From the human T2T-CHM13v2.0 reference genome, Homo sapiens: DNA of 64,000 nucleotides. The position numbers and the translations under genes were made by a program. Positions within the stretch are counted from its first letter, which is position 1, and each line of letters opens with the position of its first letter. This document shows, piece by piece, positions 16,501 through 28,200 of the stretch. The notes under the pieces were generated by a model that worked only from the letters and a program-made list of their open reading frames with translations, had not been told where the DNA came from and searched no databases. Location: the NCBI RefSeq assembly GCF_009914755.1, contig NC_060935.1, one strand, 5' to 3'.

Positions 16501-17365
16501 AGTTACGTGAGTTGGGAAAATGTTTCAACATGCCACAGCTGCTCATTCATATGCATAAGCCTACATAGATGTTGATTTAAAGAAAGAAATATGTCTTGCA
16601 TTGTAAGTATGCTTCTTGGATGGCGTATGTACTTTCATTTCTGAGAACCTTCAGGTACAGAAGGTGTCCATATTTTTCAAGGGATAAATTGCATATTCAT
16701 GTCAAGCTTTCATTATATCTTTGACCCCATAGAGAAATGCACCGTGGTGTCCAACTGTGGTTTAAGCTCTGTGACAGTTGTTACCCCAAATAACATCAGA
16801 GTTTCACTTATTGCTGAAAAGAATAGTTTTCCTTCTGAATTAGCCTCACAATTTAAAAGGAGTGAAACAGATTATTCACATGAGTTTCTGCATTAAAGTG
16901 TGGTAAGCTATTCAAATTTTCAAATTTTATAGTGAAGCCTTAATGACTTTCCCTTGGTTCATAGAGGCATCTGTGAGGATAGGAATCAATGTTACTTCAT
17001 CCCAACTCACTGCTTCTAAACTCACTTGCTGTAGAGGTCATAACTAAAGGCAATGAAGCCCGAATAGGTTCATTGTCTCACTAGCTGAGGAGTTCTAGCA
17101 AGACTTATGAATTTGCTTGATATTGGTATTTAGATGGGAGGGGTAGACAAAGTAGAGCTGAATGGCACATGAACTTCTTAGATCTCCTGCAGTTTGACCT
17201 ATCCCTACTAAAAGCACTGAGCCATGACCAATCATTGGGTGACACATGCCAGAAATCAAATCTAGTGATGCAGCCTCATGTGACTTTGCCCAGTTCTCCA
17301 GGTAGAGGGAGTCCAACCCAACAGTGACAAGTGACAATTTTTGCAGGGTCTCCAAGTATGTTAGG

Positions 17366-17535
17366 GCAACGCCTCACAAACTCTAATGTGCATACAAGTT
17401 ATCTGGGGAATCTTGATAAAATGCAGATTCTGATTCAGTAGGGTTGGGTTGAGACCTGAGATCTTACAATTCTAAGAAGGCTCTCATTTAATATCTATGC
17501 TTTTGGTCTGTAGACAACATTTAGTAGAACAAAAC
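17366..17535. mobile_element. MER5 (hAT-Charlie) MITE
   Basis: tcttgataaaatgcagattctgattcagtagggttggg..gagacctgaga. Confidence 0.8.
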
Positions 17536-20500
17536 TCTAGAATAATTCATTTCTTCCTTCAGATGCCTGCATAGCTTACTCCCTCATTTCTTTTAGATCT
17601 TTGTTCAAATATCACCTTATTAGCATGGCTTTCTTGCCCACTATATATTTCTCTGTCACTATTGTCTTTCTCCTGCTGCTTCTTTCTTTATACTACTTAT
17701 CACCATGTGACACATTTTACATTTATTTGAGAGGGGCTTTTTTGGTTCACTGCTTTGTTATTTCCTTATAACATGGACTGAGGCATAATAAGTATCCAGA
17801 AAAAAAATACCTATTGATTGAATGAATGTATAAATGAATAAATGAACCATGTGGTCACTCTGCCACAATTCCATAAACCAGACTACACTTATGAGTCTCC
17901 AGGCAATTATCAACTCTGCTTTTTGGGCTTTTCTTTTAACTCCAGTACCTTATTAAAGAATAAAGGGTGGATGAAATCAGGTCCCTTCACTATCTACCGA
18001 AGTTCCTCATCACTGGTAAGGACTGTACCATCCACGACTTCTTTTCTACCTGCAGGCCATTCTGAAATCCTGGCAGTCTCTCCAACAATGTCCTGAGAAG
18101 TCATATTCAAGGCAAAAGAATTTGTGGTTCTCACAGGGACCACTTGGCTCTTAACTCCATTTTGAGCTTTATCTAATACTAGCTACTGCCTACCTAGTTC
18201 TCCAAGTCAATATCTGTGGCTTATTATTTCAAACCTAATCAGTTATCTCACAATAAATGTAGATATTATTAGAAAGAAGGCAGCAAATACAGATCAGATT
18301 TACCCTGATCTGACTTGGGGAAATGCTGTGTTATCTTTTTTGAAAAATGTATAATTAGGTTGTAATCAATTCCCTTTTTATTCATCAATGGTGTCAAAGT
18401 TGAGTTTCAGAACTTGAAAAAAATGTTAGTGCTTTAATCATCTTATCTTTGTGCTATATTTCAAAACAACAGCTGTAGATTTTCTGCAATGCAGGGGAAA
18501 TGGAGTTTATCTACTAGGGTTGCTAAAGGTTTTATGACTGAAAACCAAAAGGCACCATCTAAAAACTGTGTCAACACCAAATGTCCAAACCAGGGATTCA
18601 ATTACCATCTCTGAATCTAATATAAAAACCCATGCCATTCCTTTAATAATTACTCAGCAAACATTTCTTAAGCACCTACTATTAATATATGTCAACACAC
18701 TGAAAACATTATATTGCATTTAAATTAAGAGCAGACCCATTCAATAACTCATTAATAAACCATAGTCAAATTCATATTGCATGGATTAACACAAGATATA
18801 AAATGAATGACAGAAGGGTCTATCACAGCTCCTAGTGCTGTCTAGGAGCTCACTCGAGTGGAGAGGTGTGCAAACTGTCATAATGGGCACACCAGGTGTT
18901 TACATACAGTTTTGGGGAACTCAGATAAAGAATCAATTAATGCTGACTAAGCAGATTAAAAATGGCTTTGTAGTGGAATTGACATCTGTGGGCTCTCAAG
19001 ATGAGTAGGAATCCTGCAGGTGGAAAGGGAGAAAGGCAATTCTGGGTAGAGGATTCCACAGAGCAAAGGCATAGTTCAGGAACAAGTGTAAGAGCAGACA
19101 GCAGTCCTGTGTAGCAGGGGTACAATGAGAAAGGCTGATACTGTGGGTGGTGGAGGGGTGAGTGGGGTGAGTTGGCTGGGAATATATTGTGAAAGACAAG
19201 GAGTTAGTGCACAGGGATCTTGGTGTCATATCTCTTAGAAAGATAATTCTGAAATCAAAGGGGAAGGTTTCTGGGAAGGGTAAGGAAAGGGAAGGGGTAC
19301 CTGTGGGTGCACATGTGTGTAAGACATTATATTTCCTTCTGTGAAGTGGCATTACAGCAACTTCACTAACTGGGTATAGGTAATTAAAGGTTTGACAATA
19401 ATTAACTTTGCATAGTGCTTAAATGGAATTATTATTGAAGTACAATGTATGTAATCCTCTTGAAAGAAAGAAAAACAACTTCATTATTTTCCTCTTCTTA
19501 TGAAAGTAATACATGTTAATTTCAAAGTAAGTGCATGATAAAATTGAATTTTAAAAGTTGGCAAAAATGAATCACAATCACACCACCAGAGAAAAACATC
19601 ATATATGACTCTTCAAATTGGTGTCAATTCTACTACCATGAACCAGACACTGAATAAGATTGAGGATGGATATAGCAATGTGGACAACTGGAGACAAGCT
19701 CATTTTAAGCAGAAGTGAGTAAAATTGTGATCTCGCTTTGTAAAGTGAAACTTGCCAAAGAAGACATTTATTGCTACATTATGTTAATTAGACATTTTAT
19801 AAATTATTTATAATTATCACAAAAATATGCTAAAGACTATGAGGAACACAGTTGGAAATTGTTTGATATTTTGCAATACACATTTCTTTAGCAATTCCTT
19901 TATGTCTTTGAAGCAAAAATGAAAAGCGCAAGTAGTGAAAATGAAGAATCCCTTCAACCTTTAATTACCTTCAAGTGAAAACTCAAGTGCTGAGGAATGG
20001 TAGGCTTTTATCCACTAGTTCATCAACTCTTTAAGAAATACCAAGTAGGACACCAGAGATAGAGCTATCAGCTACCTATATTTTGTTAAATATAGGTATG
20101 GTGTCTGCATGCATGGAACTCACAATTTTGTAGTTTAGCAAGATATTCTTTCTCCCTCCACTCCTGAATAGAAATTTCACCCATTTTTCAAGGTCTGGCT
20201 CCATTTCCACATTTCCATGGTGCACTCTTGCACTGTCCTGACCCCTTCAGGCTTATCCTTTCTCTGACATTCCATAATTCCTAGAAATACTGCTGCTAAG
20301 ATCATTCAATCTGATCATATGTTACCAGGAACTATACTCTATTAAATGTATAAAAATCTCTTTTCCTCAACTAGATTAAAAAAATCCTTGAAGACAAAGA
20401 CTATGCTTATTACTTAAGGTTAGGGGCAGATTTTTGTGAGCATCTGATAATACTGACAGATACATTTAGGAAATTTTTGATAAAGCATTTGATTATGACT

Positions 20501-21487
20501 GAAAAATGTATTCACTGAAAGTCTAATTCTTGACCATACTAAAAGTATGCCAATAAAATCATCTGCCAGCATTGTCTTAAGGGTTGAACGACTTACAATA
20601 TGGGTGCAGATAAAGGGCACTTGGTGAGAATTTCCTAATGGAATCTCATGAGGCACTCTTCATTTCATTTGTTATTTTAAAGGTAAATTATTCTTTATTT
20701 CCTAAAACTGTTGTACAATTTAAATGTCTCTAAACAATAATTCAATCACTTTTTCATTGAAAACTGCAGTTAAATTAAGGCTCAGTTACACGTAAAGTTT
20801 GGATAGGAGAGGAAAGAAATCTGATTGCTTGATGTTGCCATTACCACATTTCCAACTAATTTAAAGCTGCAACAGATTAGTATACAGTTAGGCTATTAAA
20901 ACAGAGAAGTCATTCTGTGAATCCAATCTGTACTTTGGCATTTTGTAAAAAGCTTGTTGTTATCTGCAGGTTTCTTTACAAGCACTTTAAAAATCAATTT
21001 GTATGATTTATAGGACATGCTTTGAACAAGCATCTTGATAAACTACAGCATAGTAACCAAATTAAACATATTGCTTAAAGGAAACCAAGATGTAAGGAAG
21101 CTCCAGTAGAAAGATGAAGATCTACATTGATAGAACAGGGACATGTTTGTCCTTTTATGTAAACTTTAAAGCTTGAAGTCATTCTGTTCAAGGTTATTTG
21201 AACACTTGATCACTATCGAGAGCTTCTAATTGCTTATCTATGATTCTAACCATCTTATCGTCTGCAGAATTGTTTGAGATGAGATTTTTCAGAAACAGGA
21301 AAATGGGGACATTTATGTTGCAATGTCAGGCGATGGTGAAGGACATACAGTTTGAGACTGAAAAAAACAGCTATTAAGAAAATGGAAGATTCCGATGAAA
21401 AAGTTCTTACTCTATATGAAGTAGAACTTGTTATTCAAATGGTACCAGCATATATCTTTTAATTTTCAGCTTTATAATGGATACTTA

Positions 21488-21778
21488 TTTTTTTTTTGAG
21501 ATGGAGTCTTGCTCTGTCACCCAGGCCAGAGTGCAGTGCCACGGTCTCGGCTCACTGCAAGCTCCACCTCCCGGGTTCATGCCGTTCTCCTGCCTCAGCC
21601 TCCTGAGTAGCTGGGACTACAGGTGCCAGCTACCACATCTGGCTATTTTTTTGTATTTTTAGTAGAGACAGGGTTTCACCGTGTTAGCCAGGATGGTCTC
21701 GATCTCCTGACCTCCTGATCCGCCCGTCTCAGCCTCCCAAAGTGCTGGGATTACAGGCTTAAGCCACCGCACACGGCC
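21488..21778 (-). mobile_element. AluY-like
   Basis: gcaagctccacctcccgggttcatgcc; TSD-like tat(a/g)atggata on both sides. Confidence 0.95.
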
Positions 21779-23114
21779 TATGATGGATAATTTTTAAAGC
21801 ATTTGTCCCTACTGAAATACAAGTCTACTAATATTTAGCAAATAGAAAGACTTTTCAAAACTATCTGAGAAGAGAATATTTCCTTGGTGTTGTCATCATC
21901 CATCTGTGACCATCACAAATCTCCTCTTTCCCACTCTCTGGCCATATCTGGCCTAGGCCACATAGGAAAAAACATTTATTAAAAATTTTGAATAAATTAA
22001 TTTCAAATTCTAATTCTAAAGCCAGGCACAACTGAAAGTAACATGTCAAAACATGCATGGAAGAAAATATTTTCTTTATTCATGGGCAGACCATGTGATT
22101 GGCCACCATTAATGGTAAGATCTAAGCTGTCACAGGCAAGACACAAACCTCAGTCTTCCAAACAACAATAGACCCATCGATGCTAACAAATCATCACTTG
22201 AAAAGGAGCTCCTAATACTCATATGCACAGAGACTCTTCCTTGATGACATCTTATACTCTCATGTTCAGCTGTTTAATACTCCTCTTTGCTAGCCATATG
22301 GACCAAAAGCAATGCGCTTCATTTCTTGAAGACAGTAGCCATTTTCCTCTTCTTTTTTTAGTAACAAGATCTGACCCATAATTGTGTGCTTACATTAAGT
22401 ACGTTTCATTTCCAAAGGAGCAACCTATATATGAATTTTCTAAGAAATCAACCATACAATAAGTAACATCCCAGTTGTCTCATTGAGCCTCATTTTAAAC
22501 ACGGAAACAGATGTTTAAATAAACCAAAAAGCAGGGCATGGCTAATCCAATTTAGGATATCTCATCAAGTTTAAGTTGGCTAATCTAATTTACATGATCT
22601 CACTGAGTCCCATGGTTTACAGTGATTTATTTCAAACAAGGGATATTGTAGGAGTAAAGGCAAAAAAAATGTCAATCAAGCACCCCCAAAAGCCATGTTA
22701 GTGTTAATGAGAATTAAGTTAATGCCATGAGGAGAGAATATGGTCTACTGGTCTATTTCTGCAGATGAAATCTCTCCCTTTTGCTTCTTAAGTCTTAACT
22801 GTTTTTACAGTATCCATTGGTGACCGAAAGTGTGTACCACATAAGAATATAAATGAAATAAAGCTGATGCTGGTTGCTATTTATTTGAATTCATATTTTC
22901 ATAGGCCTTTCTAACTGCTTGATATTTTCCTGGAAGATTAGAGGTAACAAAGCCACGGTTCACGTTCTTTGGACATGAACCATCAATTTTTCACTATAGG
23001 TAGGTTTACAAAACACCAATGATGGTGACTCTAGTTAATAAAAATTATTAGTAATGAGGGTACAGATCCACACAGAGACATATCAGAACATTATTAGTTT
23101 GAGTTCTGACTGAC

Positions 23115-23217
23115 CTTCAGGTTGATATTGTGCTATAATCGTCACTGTCTGTCCAGCCCCCTTTAGTGCAGCAGCTGCCTGCTCGTGGGATGCACCACGG
23201 AGGTCAATGCCATTCAC
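23115..23217 (-). CDS. DLG2: Internal coding exon of DLG2 (PSD-93), C-terminal half of PDZ3
   Basis: The minus strand reads tcctctctttcag|GTGAATGGC...CAACCTGAAG|gtcagt, with canonical AG/GT ends. 103 nt = 34 codons + 1 nt, translating [45 protein letters not shown] and YQPE match DLG2 rather than DLG1/3/4 as I recall them. The rest of the window is therefore DLG2 intron. Confidence 0.97.
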
Positions 23218-23721
23218 CTGAAAGAGAGGAAGCCAGAGAATCTTGGTATTTCATAAGGCATATTATCCTGATAGAAGAAAAAAGTTTCCCAAAACCAGGC
23301 TGTCTAACATTATATCACATGCCTCAGAAACCCCTCATATCCTACTCAGGTGTTTGTGGACTTTCATGATCTTAATCACTTTTAGTTAGGAGAGACATTA
23401 AATTTCACCTTGTGGTGTTTGTGCCATGGTCTGACCGGGTTGGAAACATTTTTATCTATTCATGTTCTAGTGTATGCATTTAATATGCCTCTGTGAGCTT
23501 CCTAGATTTCTAGGGTAAATAGGGATAAATATGAGCCTTCAAAATTAGAGGGAAAACAGGATGATAAAGAGAGACACATGTAATGTAAATAGACAAATAT
23601 ATGCTAAAAGATTAAAACATTCAGATGAGATTCTGGGGACATGGTATAAAATGGGGCCAGATGGTTGCCAAATCCCTCTCTGTGGTCAATTGTCTAGCCT
23701 TGTCATCCTGAGCCTGGTTAG

Positions 23722-24052
<331 letters not shown>

Positions 24053-25305
24053 GCCTTGTTTTAAAATATATACTTGACTGTCCTATTTCTCATATACAAT
24101 TCTAGAATAAATTCTGACAAAATGAAATAAAGAGTGCCTGGAGTTTATTTAGCTATTGCTAACTCCCATTTTGGGTCCCATACTGAAAGAGAAACAGAAA
24201 TGTCTTAAAAGCTCCAAACTCTGCCAGGGTGAAAGGCATTCTTAACTCAAATTTAATAAGAAGAAAATGCTAAAATTTTTCTTGAATCAGTTCAGCCTAA
24301 GTCAATATAATGTAATTAATAAGTGCTCTCCAATGACAGAGTTCTCTGTCTGCCCCAGAAGAGGGACAATGAGTGGAGCACAAAGGGAGACAAGATAAGC
24401 CCTCAAGAAGTTTTTCTGATGAACACACAGTAAGTATGGGTTTCTAACCTACAAAAAACTAACTTTTTGCAGATGATAGCAGAATTCTGCTTCCTTTTAT
24501 TCATGGGGCAGGTTGATATGGGCTATGAAAGAAGAATAAAGAACTGATTAGCTTATACACGTTCAAAATGTATAATCGTATTTTGCTTTTCATCAATCCT
24601 ATTTGAGAATGACATTGGGTGGCAGATGGGGGGTTACTACTTTGTTTCCCCATCAGGCCTGGGACATCCATACGCTTAAATTCCACATCATGATCCTCTC
24701 ATAATAACTTCGTTAACATCTCCTTATTCTCTTTTGTAATTTTCCTTGCCTCATCCCTGGCTTTCTAGTGTGGTGAACTCCTTACAGAAAGCATTGATTA
24801 CATGGTAACATTGGGGAGTCCACTGAGCTAGGCCTGATCTGGCTGTGCCACTCTCTTGCTGACTGTCATACTACCTGAGACTCAATTTTCTCCTCCCTCG
24901 GAGGGAAGAGACTGTTAGGCTATATGAATCTAAAGCCCCCTTAAAGTATAAAATTCCAGATCTATTCTTGAGTTATTCTTGCTAGATATAGTCATTTCAG
25001 AGACTGTCTAGGCTATTGATGAGTTAGAAGTATGAATCTGCTGGCCAGAAGAGACAGGAAAGGTAATTAGATCCAGGCTACTGCCTACAGGAGGCTGAAT
25101 TGCACAAACTTCACATGCCAAATAATTTATTCTCTTGTCAAACAGTTAAGGTTTACTTTTTATAAAAGAATAAAATGTGATCATGGCAAATAAATTCTGT
25201 TTCAGAAAGGTCTAAAAGGAAGAGGTAAAAGTCCCCTCACCATCTCCATTTCCAGTGGAACCACTTTTATGGATACTTTTTTCTTTTAGGATCATCTAAT
25301 ATTTC

Positions 25306-25311
25306 TTTAAT
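25306..25311 (-). terminator. ATTAAA polyadenylation signal of the SOCS6 retrocopy
   Basis: Plus-strand tttaat, 18 nt from the start of the T-rich poly(A) remnant. Confidence 0.75.
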
Positions 25312-25952
25312 CATAATTCTAGTTCCATAGGTTTTCATGTTATGGCAATTTGTACCTGAGTTTAATGACAGAAAAGGCAACAATTTCTAAATTGGTGGTA
25401 AACATTTCTTTACAATTTTTTAATGTAAGGCCATTTATTATAATAGGCAAACTATAAGATGAAAATGAAGGCAACAGATGAAACGAAGGCAACGGAAAAG
25501 CTCAACTTCTCACAACCAATAAAATTAGCACAACCTAAGAAATAATTTAGAAAAAAGTGTTGTTAGAAGATATGTTGTAGATCTCCATTCCATTACCCAA
25601 GAGTATGCCAATTCATGATTCTAAATAAATCTTTTTAAAGTAATAGATTAAAAATTCATCTTCAGTGTATACGTAAATTCTGTGTTTTATCACACGGGTA
25701 TGTTTATTCAACACTATCTTTTGAAAATGGGCCATTTAAAAAGACATAGCAATTTCCATTCTGTTTAATGCATAAAAATCACAGTGGATAGCAGCAAAGG
25801 ACAGGGCGGGGCGGGAGGGGGGGCAGCATTGAGGAGAATTTGATAATTCACATTGTGATTATTCTGCACATTGAGGAAAGGTAATTCACACTTCTAAAAC
25901 CTCAAGACTTCCCTTTTTAAATAACCAAAATAAACCCAAGACACCTTGCTGA

Positions 25953-26267
<315 letters not shown>

Positions 26268-28083
26268 ACTGATGACTCTTTTATACATAAAAGTGAAATA
26301 GTTATGGCAGCAAAAGATTTTGATGGCAATGAAAGTTTGTAAACTGTGTTTCAATCTCTTTTTCTTATTCCCAAAGTGCAAGATGCAGGGTTCTCAGTCT
26401 TTCAGTAGTGCTTCTCCTGTAAATAATCCTTCATTTTGTTTGGCAAAGGCAGTTTCTGAATTAAGTCTATTCTGGTATACTGACATAAAACAAAATGACA
26501 CAGGTACTGCAACGAGTGTACCTGCATGAACCGAGACACTGGCTTGGCCAGTCTGACAAGGTAAGTTGCAGATCCAGGCAGCTGAGACCTTGAATAACAA
26601 AAAGTTCCATTTTCAGAGTCCCTGACTGAATGCTCAATTAGATCAACTATGGATGTATGCCCTTCCACATTTGGCTGTTCATAAAAGCTAAACCTACCAT
26701 TTGAGTGCCCAAGTCTAGTGTGAACTGTTTTACCATGGGAGCGAAAGCTCAAGCTTAAAAGGTAACAGTCTTCAGAACTGTCCCAATCAAGGAAAGAACC
26801 ATCTGGCAGGACTGCTAGCTTCCCTTCTGCCTCCCAACATGTGATTGGTCCCCAGTACCATCCTTGTTTTGCAAGATCTTTTTAGCTCCTCTGTAAGGCT
26901 TGTCACTACCATGGGACCACTACTTTGCACTGAGACATAAACTCTTGCAACACCAGGAGCAGAGTTAAAATCAAAATTCAAATGACAGAGCATACTTTCA
27001 GCCATGTGGGCTTCTGTGCCAGTAAGTCCACTGAAGTTCCTTTGGATTTGATTATTTTGCATTGGAGGTAGCAATGGTGAGAGTGGAGGGACATGATGCG
27101 GACCCACTCTGGGGCTCTGCAACATGACTCCCGTGGTGCCAGTCAACAACCCATTCATGGACTGATCCACAAAGATCTCTGGGGCAACAACTAGGTTCTG
27201 GTCTGCCTGACTCTCATCTTCGGGGAAAGAGCGCCCTCCCACTTGAGAAGGAACCACAGAGACTTCCATGGTAGAAGAACTGTCCAGACAATAGCTACTT
27301 GATCCTTCCAAAGGACACATCCCCTCATCTAAAGGCACAGTATACTGAATGTAGTCCTGAGGCAGAAGTCCAATAACGACAGGCACATGTTCATCCAGGC
27401 GAAGATACAGGTCTCCGTTCTGAGAAGCCGAGCTTTTCAGTGAATTGGCTTGTTCCTGGCACGCGGTCTCAGACTGAAGGTCGTGGAAATCCTTTCGGAC
27501 GCCATTCAGGGGTGGACTCGGACTGGAAGAGTGGCCTTGACTCTCACCTCCATCTTGATGCACGTCTCCTCAGAGTTTGTGGGTCGAAGAGGCCATGGCA
27601 TGGGACTGCAGTGATGGCTGCGGAGGGAGGTGGCCTTATCGGCCTCTGAGCTCTCACGGCTTTAAAGACTATCGGTGCTGAGGAGGAGGAGAAGGTGTCC
27701 TCATCGGCAGAGCTCCCAGAGGGTTTGCCCGCCTTGCCTTTTGGCTTCTGTTTGGCAGAAAGCTGCCTTTTTAACGTATCCATCAAGCTTTTGCTTTTTG
27801 ATCTGTCTTTTTTTTCTTTTCCACCTTTTTCGTCTTTCCTGTTGATATCGCAGTTGGCCATATCTTTACCATAGCAGCTACCAAATTAGGAATTATCTTT
27901 CCAAAGTCACTGGCTAGCGATGGTTGTTGTACTACCATGAAATCAGTTTATTTTTTACTTTTATTCAAGTTAAAGGATTTCCAGAAGGTTTTAAAACTGA
28001 TTTTCTTCATTATGACTAGTTACCTAATCCAACGGATGAAAATACTAGGGGATTCACTTCTGGCATGATGGAATGAGATGGTC

Positions 28084-28200
28084 AGCCGGGCGCGGTGGCT
28101 CACGCCTGTAATCCGAACACTTTGGGAGTTCGAGGTGGGCAGATCGCTTGAGCCCAGGAGCTCAAGACCAGCTTGGGCAACATAGGGAAGAGCCCGTCTC
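28084..28200 (+). mobile_element. FLAM_C/AluJ left-monomer fragment embedded in the SOCS6 retrocopy 5'UTR
   Basis: gccgggcgcggtggctcacgcctgtaatcc...gatcgcttgagcccaggag...gggcaacatag...cccgtctc, with no A-tail and no TSD. Confidence 0.9.

Noticed and set aside
23166-23369. Plus-strand ORF overlapping the DLG2 exon
   Set aside because: Antisense shadow; the real frame is on the minus strand.
25804-25823. G-quadruplex-like run
   Set aside because: Very short loops, and probably inherited from the parental 3'UTR; no independent support.
26787-27563. 258-aa ORF as a functional SOCS6-like gene
   Set aside because: Frameshifted at both ends, lacks the SH2 domain and SOCS box, and is part of a disabled retrocopy.
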